From Amoebidium appalachense (Eukaryota; Protista; Ichthyosporea), in NCBI GenBank assembly GCA_963693365.1, contig CAVNZM010000016.1:1969484-2033483 (forward strand): a stretch of DNA of 64,000 bases. Reading direction: 5' to 3'. Position 1 is the stretch's first letter, and each line of letters opens with the position of its first letter. This document shows positions 44,725 to 53,884 of this stretch, in pieces. Under the pieces are notes generated by a model that was given only the letters and a program-made list of their open reading frames with translations, was not told where the DNA came from and did not search any database. The translations under genes and the position numbers were made by a program.

Positions 44725-44760
<36 letters not shown>

Positions 44761-44791
44761 TTTTTTTTGAGGGGAGGGAGGGGGGTGTGGG

Positions 44792-44868
<77 letters not shown>

Positions 44869-45434
44869 GATAAATAAAGAAATAAGGAAGTTAACACCGC
44901 CACCACCACCGCCACAAATCCCGCACGTCCGGCGCCCGAATTCGTGAATGCAGAGCAACGCGTACAGTACTACTATAATCATAGTACGTGTACATGTGGG
45001 GTCACGTTACGCTGTTTACTCGAGGCAACTGAGAGAGACCAGTCTCTCTCTCATGTACGTATAGATGTACATGTATACGTACATGTGTGCTGTAATTGGG
45101 TGAATAACTGTATAAAATTGCATATAATGCTTTGTAAATCATGAAGGATTCGAATGCAAATACAAGAAATTACCGCAATATATGGTTTTGAAGCCCTGGG
45201 ACCAAAACTACATTTGCGCACACGCACCAAACACGTGGCACATATCATGTGCCATCGCAATGACTGCATGCCAATCTAGATCTAGCCTATAATGTTGTTA
45301 TGTACGTGCGGCTAAGAGATTGGTTAAGACTTGAGTGAGCAATTGGATGCTGATCCAATCCGATCCTCTTGAAATGGAAGATCTAAATTCCCGTCATAGC
45401 GTAAGCACTGGCTTTTCTTCCCATGGCTTACAGC

Positions 45435-45821
45435 TATTGGGATATTCGGGTTGGTTGTAAGGTTTTCCGGGTCGGGCCGAAGGCCCTAACGGGCCGCAGG
45501 CCCGCTTATTGGGCCGCCAGGCCCTGGGCCGCTAGGCCTGGGGCCTGGGGCCCCGGGGACCGGGGGCCCGGCCCGGCCCGCGAGCCACCCCCGGCCCGGC
45601 CCGGCCCGGCGGCCCGGGGTTAGCAGTGACTGCTAACCCCGGGCCGCCGGGCCGGGCCGGGCCGGGGGTGGCTCGCGGGCCGGGCCGGGCCCCCGGTCCC
45701 CGGGGCCCCAGGCCCCAGGCCTAGCGGCCCAGGGCCTGGCGGCCCAATAAGCGGGCCTGCGGCCCGTTAGGGCCTTCGGCCCGACCCGGAAAACCTTACA
45801 ACCAACCCGAATATCCCAATA
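45435..45821. repeat. Perfect 387-bp palindrome (193-bp arms, single unpaired G at 45628)
   Basis: TATTGGGATATTCGGG...GGGGTTAGCAGT-G-ACTGCTAACCCC...CCCGAATATCCCAATA. The ORF track gives the same peptide on both strands (45423..45623 + and 45633..45830 -). Confidence 0.97.
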
Positions 45822-46074
45822 TTGCTTCATTCTGATTGGTTGTCACACCACGGGGTTTCCCGATTGTTCTTCGAATGACATTTGCTATCACTATCAGACA
45901 GTTCTCCAATATCAGAACAGAAAACGGTCTCTACCCAGATGGCCAGATGGCCAGGTCAAATTCAGTGTGTGGAAAAAGGTGGATAAAACGGGATAAAACG
46001 GTGAGCAAAATGATCTGGCCATCTGGCCATGTGGCCATGGAATCTCTATATCTAAAAATAGCTGCCACTGCGCC

Positions 46075-46452
46075 GGGCCGTGGTTCCGGGAGGCAGGGGA
46101 GGCAGGGGGGGCACACGTGCAGGGGAGGCAGGGGGGGCACACGTGCAGGGGAGGCAGGGGGGACACTCACTGCCACCACTGGGGGCCGTGGTTCCGGCAG
46201 GAGGGGGGGCACACGTGCAGGGGAGGCACACGTGCACAGGAGGCTGGGGAGAGTGGGGGAACCATGGTTGTGTGATACTATCTATCCCCCATGTATGGCT
46301 GAGTTAAGACCATTTGTTCATGTAGCACGATCTTCTAGCATGCACGTGTTGGAATGCCACCACTGGGGGGCCTGGTTCCGGCAGGCAGGGGGGCAGGGGG
46401 GCAGGGGGGCAGGGGGGCAGGGGGGCAGGGGGGCTGGGGGGCTGGGGGGACT
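46075..46452 (+). repeat. G-rich subterminal repeats
   Basis: GGGGGCACACGTGCAGGGGAGGCA x3 plus a partial copy, (G/C)TGGTTCCGG x3, and short (G5-6)CA / (G5-6)CT tandem units. Confidence 0.85.
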
Positions 46453-46525
46453 GGCATGCCACTCACGGGGAGGATAGTGTATGTTGGCACGTGGGGGTGT
46501 GTGGGTGATAAAGGCAGAAGCCACA

Positions 46526-46856
46526 ACACGTGTGGTGTCTAAACAGCCTATAGGCATGCTCCGTGTGCAGGCACCAATTTCTACCCTCTTCTGGTTGGTG
46601 CCAAGAGGCAGCGCCCTACACGTGTGGTGTCTAAACAGCCTATAGGCATGCTCCGTGTGCAGGCACCAATTTCTACCCTCTTCTGGTTGGTGCCAAGAGG
46701 CAGCGCCCTACACGTGTGGTGTCTAAACAGCCTATAGGCATGCTCCGTGTGCAGGCACCAATTTCTACCCTCTTCTGGTTGGTGCCAAGAGGCAGCGCCC
46801 TACACGTGTGGTGTCTAAACAGCCTATAGGCATGCTCCGTGTGCAGGCACCAATTT
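46526..46856 (+). repeat. Tandem array of a 92-bp unit (~3.6 identical copies)
   Basis: Unit ACACGTGTGGTGTCTAAACAGCCTATAGGCATGCTCC...GCAGCGCCCT starts at 46526, 46618, 46710 and 46802. Confidence 0.95.
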
Positions 46857-47043
46857 GTTGTGCCTTCCTTTTTTGGTTAGATCTATACCCGGCCAATGGT
46901 TAGCAGCCACGGGTTTGTTTTCATCAAGCTTAGACGTGATACTTTGCCAACCATCAAGGCCGTTTGAGTGACAATGACCGTTGATTGGAGAGATCTATCC
47001 CATTGAGCCTTGGCACCATTGCTGTAAGCTGCTTTGTACCGTG

Positions 47044-47056
47044 GCATATAAAAGCA
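47044..47056 (+). promoter_or_regulatory. TATA box upstream of ORF 47150
   Basis: GGCATATAAAAGC about 100 bp before the ATG. The identical 13-mer is on the minus strand at ~50750-50762 upstream of ORF 50672. Confidence 0.65.
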
Positions 47057-47149
47057 GCACACACGGTCACATTCACTCATTTCAACACTGACACTCAATA
47101 GTAAAAGGCGACACACAACAAACTTGTTTTTCAAACACTCACACGAAAC

Positions 47150-48337
47150 ATGGATTCTTGGAAAGAGGAGCTTCAACAGCTGCAGAAGCGCTTTGATTTT
47201 CTGTACACGGACCATTCGTCTCGCTTAACGGCCCTGCACACCGACGTCACCAGCCTCCGCACCGACCTCACCAGCCTCCGCAGTCAAGTGACCAATGAGA
47301 ATGCTGCGCGTACCCCCCGACCCCCCCAACCCCAGCCCTCTGATGTAGAGGCACGACTGAGGGCAGCCGAAGAGCAGATCAAGACCCTGCAGGCCGAGCT
47401 TGCCAGCCTGCAACGGGCTGCAGCACCCCGTCGGGATGGCCAGGTGGCCTATGAAAACTACATTTTCAGTGGCCCTCGCAAGACTACCATTGCCGCCAAC
47501 ACCACCACTGTGACTGCTGACCCCACCCCTGCCGCAAAGACCACCCCTGTGACTGCCCCCACCCCTGTCGCAAAGACCGCCCCTGTGACTGCCCCCACCC
47601 CTGCCGCAAAGACCACCCCTGTGACTGCCCCCACCCCTGTCGCAAAGACCGCCCCTGTGACTGCCCCCACCCCTGCCGCAAAGACCGCCCCTGTGACTGC
47701 CCCCACCCCTGCCGCCAAGACCACTCCTGCCAAGACCACCCCTACCACCAAGACCACTCCTGCCAAGACCACCCCTACCACCAAGACCACTCCTGCCAAG
47801 ACCACCCCTGCCGCTAAGCCCAGGCCCAAGCACACCAAAACACCTGAGACTTCGTTGCATGACCATACGATGGACCTCGATGCACAGCTAACTAGTGTGA
47901 GGGGGGAGCTCCAGAATGCTCGAGAGCGTGTCAAAGAGGCAAAGGCGGCTGAAGATGAAATGGCGGAGGGCCTGGCCATTGCTGCTGTGTGTGCAGCCCA
48001 AAACACCATAAAAAGCATCCGAAGGAAGATTCTGCGACGGGAGAAGAACTTGAAGGCATACACAGGTGGTAATGAGTCTGTCTCTTCACCTGCCTCACCC
48101 GCCAAACGCGTCCATGATCAATGTGATTGGGACTCAGATGAAGCATTCAACCCCAAGCGGCTCAAACGACGGGCAAATCAGGTACTCGATGATATGACAG
48201 ATGACGAATCTGCGTCTGATCGTGAGTCGGTCGTGTATGACCGCAAACCTGAACCCAAACATAAACAAACTGAAGAAATTCCCCTCATTGATCTTGACCA
48301 GGAAGAGTTTGACCAGTATGAGCATGAGATGTACTGA
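47150..48337 (+). CDS. Hypothetical coiled-coil protein with Thr/Ala/Pro/Lys repeat linker, basic NLS-like patch and acidic tail
   Basis: 395-aa intronless ORF with TATA upstream. Heptad-rich N-terminus, (TAPTPAAKTTPV)n repeats, PKRLKRR, terminal EEIPLIDLDQEEFD. Confidence 0.8.
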   Translation: MDSWKEELQQLQKRFDFLYTDHSSRLTALHTDVTSLRTDLTSLRSQVTNENAARTPRPPQPQPSDVEARLRAAEEQIKTLQAELASLQRAAAPRRDGQVAYENYIFSGPRKTTIAANTTTVTADPTPAAKTTPVTAPTPVAKTAPVTAPTPAAKTTPVTAPTPVAKTAPVTAPTPAAKTAPVTAPTPAAKTTPAKTTPTTKTTPAKTTPTTKTTPAKTTPAAKPRPKHTKTPETSLHDHTMDLDAQLTSVRGELQNARERVKEAKAAEDEMAEGLAIAAVCAAQNTIKSIRRKILRREKNLKAYTGGNESVSSPASPAKRVHDQCDWDSDEAFNPKRLKRRANQVLDDMTDDESASDRESVVYDRKPEPKHKQTEEIPLIDLDQEEFDQYEHEMY

Positions 48338-48740
48338 TTTGATTGGTCGACTAAGTGGCATTCTCTTTTGATTTGTATTTGAATTGATCGGTCTTGATTT
48401 ATTTGTTTCTTTTCTCTTTTAGTTTGTATTTGAATATACTCGGTCCAAGTTGATTTGTTCTTTGTAATCTGACTAGACTATCATGTACGTACGTACTCTT
48501 TTTCTATACAATCACTTGTGTTCATATTAAAGGATTCTGTGTACGTGGACCACGGAAACATACACCATTTTTTGCAGTGCTTCATGCTATAAAATAACCA
48601 TGAGAGACACAAACAAATACACTAAGTGTGTACACGTCTACCCATAGGCCCAAGTGTTGACATGTCTGCCCACAGTTCCCTAAGGCTTAAAGCACACATC
48701 TGCCTGTATGCCATAAACTTTACTTTCACCACAAGACACC

Positions 48741-49881
48741 CACCTAAGTACACTCTGCACCACCCTAAGTACACTGTGGTGCACAGCCCCACCCTAAGTA
48801 CACGTCTGCACCACCCTAAGTACACTGTGGTGCACAGCCCCACCCTAAGTACACCTCTGCACCACCCTAAGTACACCTCTGCACCACCCTAAGTACACGT
48901 CTGCACCACCCTAAGTACACCTCTGCACCACCCTAAGTACACGTCTGCACCACCCTAAGTACACTGTGGTGCACAGCCCCACCCTAAGTACACGTCTGCA
49001 CCACCCTAAGTACACTGTGGTGCACAGCCCCACCCTAAGTACACGTCTGCACCACCCTAAGTACACTGTGGTGCACAGCCCCACCCTAAGTACACGTCTG
49101 CACCACCCTAAGTACACCTCTGCACCACCCTAAGTACACGTCTGCACCACCCTAAGTACACCTCTGCACCACCCTAAGTACACCTCTGCACCACCCTAAG
49201 TACACCTCTGCACCACCCTAAGTACACGTCTGCACCACCCTAAGTACACGTCTGCACCACCCTAAGTACACCTCTGCACCACCCTAAGTACACTCTGCAC
49301 CACCCTAAGTACACCTCTGCACAGCCCCACCCTAAGTACACTCTGCACCACCCTAAGTACACTCTGCACCACCCTAAGTACACTCTGCACAGCCCCACCC
49401 TAAGTACACGTCTGCACAGCCCTAAGTACACTCTGCACCACCCTAAGTACACTCTGCACAGCCCCACCCTAAGTACACGTCTGCACAGCCCTAAGTACAC
49501 CTCTGCACCACCCTAAGTACACTCTGCACAGCCCCACCCTAAGTACACGTCTGCACAGCCCTAAGTACACCTCTGCACCACCCTAAGTACACCTCTGCAC
49601 CACCCTAAGTACACTCTGCACCACCCTAAGTACACGTCTACACCATCCTAAGTACACCTCTGCACCACCCTAAGTACACTCTGCACCACCCTAAGTACAC
49701 GTCTACACCATCCTAAGTACACGTCTGCACAGCCCCACCCTTTAAGTACACGTCTGCACAGCCCCACCCTTTAAGTACACGTCTGCACCATCCTAAGTAC
49801 ACGTCTGCACAGCCCGGCCCTTTAAGTACACGTCTGCACAGCCCCACCCTAAGTACACTCAATGTTAAGTACACCTGCACA
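48741..49881 (+). repeat. Variant-unit minisatellite, ~49 copies of core TAAGTACAC, usually CCACCCTAAGTACAC(C/G/-)TCTGCA
   Basis: Counted by eye. Units are 21-29 bp, with variants including ..ACACTGTGGTGCACAGCC. Lies between two convergent ORFs. Confidence 0.95.
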
Positions 49882-49937
49882 CAAGCACTAGAATAGCCTG
49901 AGGCTACTCTCTAATAGCGGCCCCTTTTTTCACCGTG

Positions 49938-50672
49938 TCAAGGCCAGTTGATATCTCCGTCTGAAGACTCGGAAGACGCCCCAGAGCTGCTGGCTTCACT
50001 GGCTCGTGCCCTTTTCTGCTGTCCCCGTGTCAAGGTCTTGGACTCGGAAGACGAGTGCTCCTCAGAAGACGAGTACTCCTCAGGTCCCCATAGCAAGGTC
50101 TTGAACCAAGGAGGCACTTCCTCCTGTACCTCCGACCCAGAGCTTTTGACTTCCTCTCGTGTCCTCTTCTGCTGTCTTCGTGGTTTCTCCCGTGTCTTGG
50201 ACCCCTGTGTGAAGGTCTTCCAGTTGAACCAAGGAGGCACTGGAGAATGGTGCTCCTCCTCCGACCCAGAGCTTCTGACTTCCTCTCGTGTCCTCTTCTG
50301 CTGTCTTCGTGGTTTCTCCCGTGTCTTGGACCCCTGTGTGATGTGCAAACGTGAGCGCTGCAGGGGCAGGGGGGCCAAGTCCACGGGATAGGAGCTGCCA
50401 TGCTCGCCAGCACGAAGTGCAGGTGCCGCTGCCAGGACAGGGGGTGCCACGGTCAGCGCTGGGGGTGCCACGGTCAGCGCTGGGGGTGCCACGGTTGCTG
50501 CTGTAGTGGTGCGCTTGCTTAAAGCCATGCGGGCGTGCCTAGCAAGGGCGCGCGCGAAACGGGCCTGGGTGTCCCGCAGGGCCTTTGCATCCTCCTCCAA
50601 AGTCTTGAGTCTTGTCTCTATTTTTTCAGCGCGCCTTTCTAGATCTTTGATGTCTTTAGAACTCATTTTCAT
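49938..50672 (-). CDS. Hypothetical protein: N-terminal coiled coil, TVAPPAL repeats, duplicated basic segment, Ser/acidic tail
   Basis: MKMSSKDIKDLERRAEKIETRLKTLEE... TQGSKTREKPRRQQKRTREEV(R/K)SSGSE occurs twice. TATA and several ATTGG/CCAAT boxes lie upstream at 50750-51000. Confidence 0.75.
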   Translation of the reverse strand: MKMSSKDIKDLERRAEKIETRLKTLEEDAKALRDTQARFARALARHARMALSKRTTTAATVAPPALTVAPPALTVAPPVLAAAPALRAGEHGSSYPVDLAPLPLQRSRLHITQGSKTREKPRRQQKRTREEVRSSGSEEEHHSPVPPWFNWKTFTQGSKTREKPRRQQKRTREEVKSSGSEVQEEVPPWFKTLLWGPEEYSSSEEHSSSESKTLTRGQQKRARASEASSSGASSESSDGDINWP

Positions 50673-51564
50673 GACAGTTGGATGTACGTTGTGTGCCAAG
50701 GGAGAAGCTAGCTAACATGGAAAAGGTGTGTGGATTGAAGAGAGTATGGGCTTTTATATGCCGTGCCCGGCTTTGGCATCAGATGCTTTATTGCATTAGA
50801 TTGGTTGGATATACCCCAGCCGCGACGCTTGATTGGATCTAGAGATCGCGTGAACATCTGATTGGCTAATTGTCATTTAGGCATCTTGGTGTATCCGATA
50901 AGTTGGGGCTCAACCAAATCTGCTGACTGATTGATGAATTCTGATTGGATCAACAAGAGCATGTTTTGACTTGAGAATTGTCATTTTGACAGATTGGATT
51001 GTAATCCGATCTTTGCAACTTGGCCATCAGTGTTTGAACACAATGTATTTTGATGTAGCAACTCCTAAAAAAACACGAATATGCTTCCCAACAATTACGA
51101 GCATTATTCTGTCTATCAGGGATACAAAAATTGGTCAGGAAAAGTACACAATCACATATGTCACTTTTTGAGCAGCACTTAGGAAACTCGCGCTCACGTG
51201 GATCCAATACTTATACACCAACCAGAAGTGTGCGCACAAAAAGGGGTCCGAGCTGGATACAAATGGCTTGGTGTGTGTGTGTGTGTGTGTGTTATTTTGC
51301 ATTGTGTAAGGGGCGCTTTTTTTTGTTCACACTGCTTTACTTCGTGTAAATAATCAGTGGCGAGTTTTTTTAGTTCACGGTGTGTTTGCGCATCATAGGA
51401 TTTTGCTTTATTTTGCACTGTGTAAGAGGGACGGTTTTTTTGGGTCACACTTTTGCTTCGTAAAAATAAGAGGGACGTTTTTTTTTTGTTCACACTGCTT
51501 TGCTTCGTGGATAGAAAGATAGAAAAACTAAACACCTCCTGCCCAACCGGCTGCAAACGACACA

Positions 51565-51909
51565 ATGGATGAAACAGATACACAGCGCCAAGATGCACAC
51601 ACCAAGCAGCTGCAAGAGACCAACAAGATGCTGAAGGAGGCCAACGAGGGGCTGCACGGGCTGATCCAGCAGCTGAGGGAGTTGAACAACGACATGGACA
51701 AGGACAACGACGCGCTGCGCACAATGAACAAGAACCAGCGGGAGGTGATCAAGGGCCTGCAAGAGGAGCGCAACAAGGTGTGCGAAGAGAACAAGAATTT
51801 GGTGGTGGAGAACCAAGAGCTGCAGCTGGAAAACGACAAGCTGAAGAAGCAAAAGGACTTTCTACGGGCCTGTCTCATACGGCTGGGCCAGTCCGCTAAG
51901 ACTCCATGA
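51565..51909 (+). CDS. Small coiled-coil protein (114 aa)
   Basis: Continuous heptad pattern, third codon positions strongly G/C, ATG start. Confidence 0.75.
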   Translation: MDETDTQRQDAHTKQLQETNKMLKEANEGLHGLIQQLRELNNDMDKDNDALRTMNKNQREVIKGLQEERNKVCEENKNLVVENQELQLENDKLKKQKDFLRACLIRLGQSAKTP

Positions 51910-51959
51910 AACGGATTGATACAATCATGAGGGATAACACTTGCGAGTGATTTCAGAAT

Positions 51960-52103
51960 ACCAGAAGAGGGTAGAAATCAGTGCCCTGCACACAGAGCAT
52001 GCCTATAGGCTGTTTAGACACCACATGTGTAGGGCACTGCCTCTTGGCACCAACCAGAAGAGGGCAGAAATCAGTGCCCTGCACACGGGGCATGCCTATA
52101 GGC
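51960..52103 (-). repeat. Inverted, slightly diverged copy (~1.5 units, 93-bp period) of the 92-bp repeat at 46526-46856
   Basis: CCAGAAGAGGGTAGAAAT..GAGCATGCCTATAGGCTGTTTAGACACCAC is the reverse complement of the left array unit. Confidence 0.92.
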
Positions 52104-52579
52104 AGTGATGGGGTGAGTAGGATGAGTAGCTTGAGTACCTACTCATCTGGTCTCCCCCCGGGTGTTCCAATTTCCTTTTGGATTGAGATTTAGGTATACC
52201 CGTAGCCCACAGTAGATGAGTACGTACTCATTCTACTCATCCTACTCACTATATGACAATTGCATATTTTTATACCTAAAAAGGAAACCTTTACCATATT
52301 TGGGTGAGTAACATCTAGTGGGGGAAACTTGTCTGTGTTACTCAGAATGAGTACCCTGAGTAAGATATTGTTACTCATGAAACAAATAAAAAACCATTAA
52401 TTTTATGCTCAGAGTAACTTGAATTCAGGGCAAAGGAAAACGTTGGCTTTTTTACAAATTTGTGTGCGCACACACAAGCATGCGCTCGGACGACACGTTG
52501 GGTGTGGCCCTGCTTATATACGCGTGCTGCACCATCCGGGGCGCAGTCGCACACACACACGCACTGCGAGATACCTGCA

Positions 52580-53098
52580 TTATTCTCTACACTGCCGCCT
52601 ATTTTTCTGTACTGATTCATATAACTGCAGCGACAGAATGTCGCACCCCATGTCATGCCAAAAGAAGTCCTTCAAAAAGTCGATTCGCAGAAGGGTTGTT
52701 CGTTTTCTCTTTGCCTCCATGGGGACAGCTCGTCCCTCGCTCATGCCCTCCTCCTCCGTCGGATCCCTCGGTGGCAGCAGCGACAGCGTGGTGTCCCAGC
52801 GCTCCCAGGTCAGCCGAAACGACTTGCCCCAATCCAGGTCGATGGTCACCGCATCCCCGGCCCCCTCCAGTGGACACGTCGAAAACACCAGGTGGTTGAG
52901 TCCAGTCCTGTTCGACGTTTCCACCGACTGCAGCGGCAGCATCGTGTCCGACAGCATCGTGTCGCCCTTGCCGAGTCTTGCGTGGAGCTGTAGCGGCCGT
53001 CTCGCCACCCTGCCGGCGCCGTTCGAGTCGAACGTCATGCTGGATACAAGCAGCGACAGCCGATTGACAAATAGCTTCAGGTCCTGCTCAAAAGCCAT
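52580..53098 (-). CDS. Hypothetical protein (MAFEQDLKLFVNRLSLLV...)
   Basis: ATG at 53098 in ACCATGG context, GTATAAAAG TATA box ~55 bp upstream on the minus strand, G/C-rich third positions. Confidence 0.6.
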   Translation of the reverse strand: MAFEQDLKLFVNRLSLLVSSMTFDSNGAGRVARRPLQLHARLGKGDTMLSDTMLPLQSVETSNRTGLNHLVFSTCPLEGAGDAVTIDLDWGKSFRLTWERWDTTLSLLPPRDPTEEEGMSEGRAVPMEAKRKRTTLLRIDFLKDFFWHDMGCDILSLQLYESVQKNRRQCRE

Positions 53099-53884
53099 GG
53101 TCGGTTCTGGTGCAGATTCAGACTGGCAGCTCCCCGTGTCAGACACACGCTTTTATACCCTCCAGAGTCCCCGCCTGCGTCGGCGCACACTCATTCGCAA
53201 GGTGCCAGTTCTCGAGGCGCTGCATGACCACGAGTGCGCGCTTGCGTGTTTCGGCGTGTGTGTACGTGGGCCCGACACGGTGTGTGAGGTGCTGAGCGTG
53301 CGCTGTTGCACAAGCATGTGGACCGCAGGTGTGCGACCGGGAGACATTGTGGTGGCGTGCGAGATCAAGCGCGCAGAATCCGGGTGGCGCAAGGTGTCCC
53401 TCGAGCTCGAGGAGGGTGCGTGGACCAGCAACCTGTGCGCGGCTGGGTGCAAGCGGAGAAAGTGGTTTCACTAGACAGGGTGCTTTTGGAGTCGGATGCG
53501 GACATTTTCCGGGGGAGGGGCATGTCACACCGAAGAGGTCGGTCGAAAAAGAGAGGTCAGAGGCGTATAAAAAAGTACGTGTATGCCGATGAGTTCATGC
53601 CGAAATACCGGAGACTGGTGCTCCGACAGAGCGTGCGAGTAAAGCGCCACAAGGTGCACTGATGTTTATGTTTATTTTTCTGATGTGAAAAATCCCCACA
53701 TTTTATTTTGCCTGATGTCAAAAATCCCCACATTTTATCATAGAAGTTTTTTAATACAAAACAATGTGCATAACAAAACCCAGGATCACACCAATGTACG
53801 AGTCCAACCCATGAGTTTTCTATCCTCTAATGGTCCTGCGAGATCACACCAATGTACGAGTCCAACCCATGAGTTTTCTATTCT

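Noticed and set aside
45423-45830. Two small ORFs with identical peptides on opposite strands
   Set aside because: A by-product of the palindrome.
46526-46856. CRISPR-like array in the 92-bp repeats
   Set aside because: Units are identical end to end, with no spacers.
48741-49881. CRISPR-like array
   Set aside because: The sequence between cores is a handful of short recurring variants, not unique spacers. No cas genes, and the context is eukaryotic.
52419-53096. 5' part of the 351-aa + strand ORF
   Set aside because: It has no ATG at the listed start and is Ser-rich. It looks like the antisense shadow of the minus-strand gene, which has a TATA box and better codon pattern.
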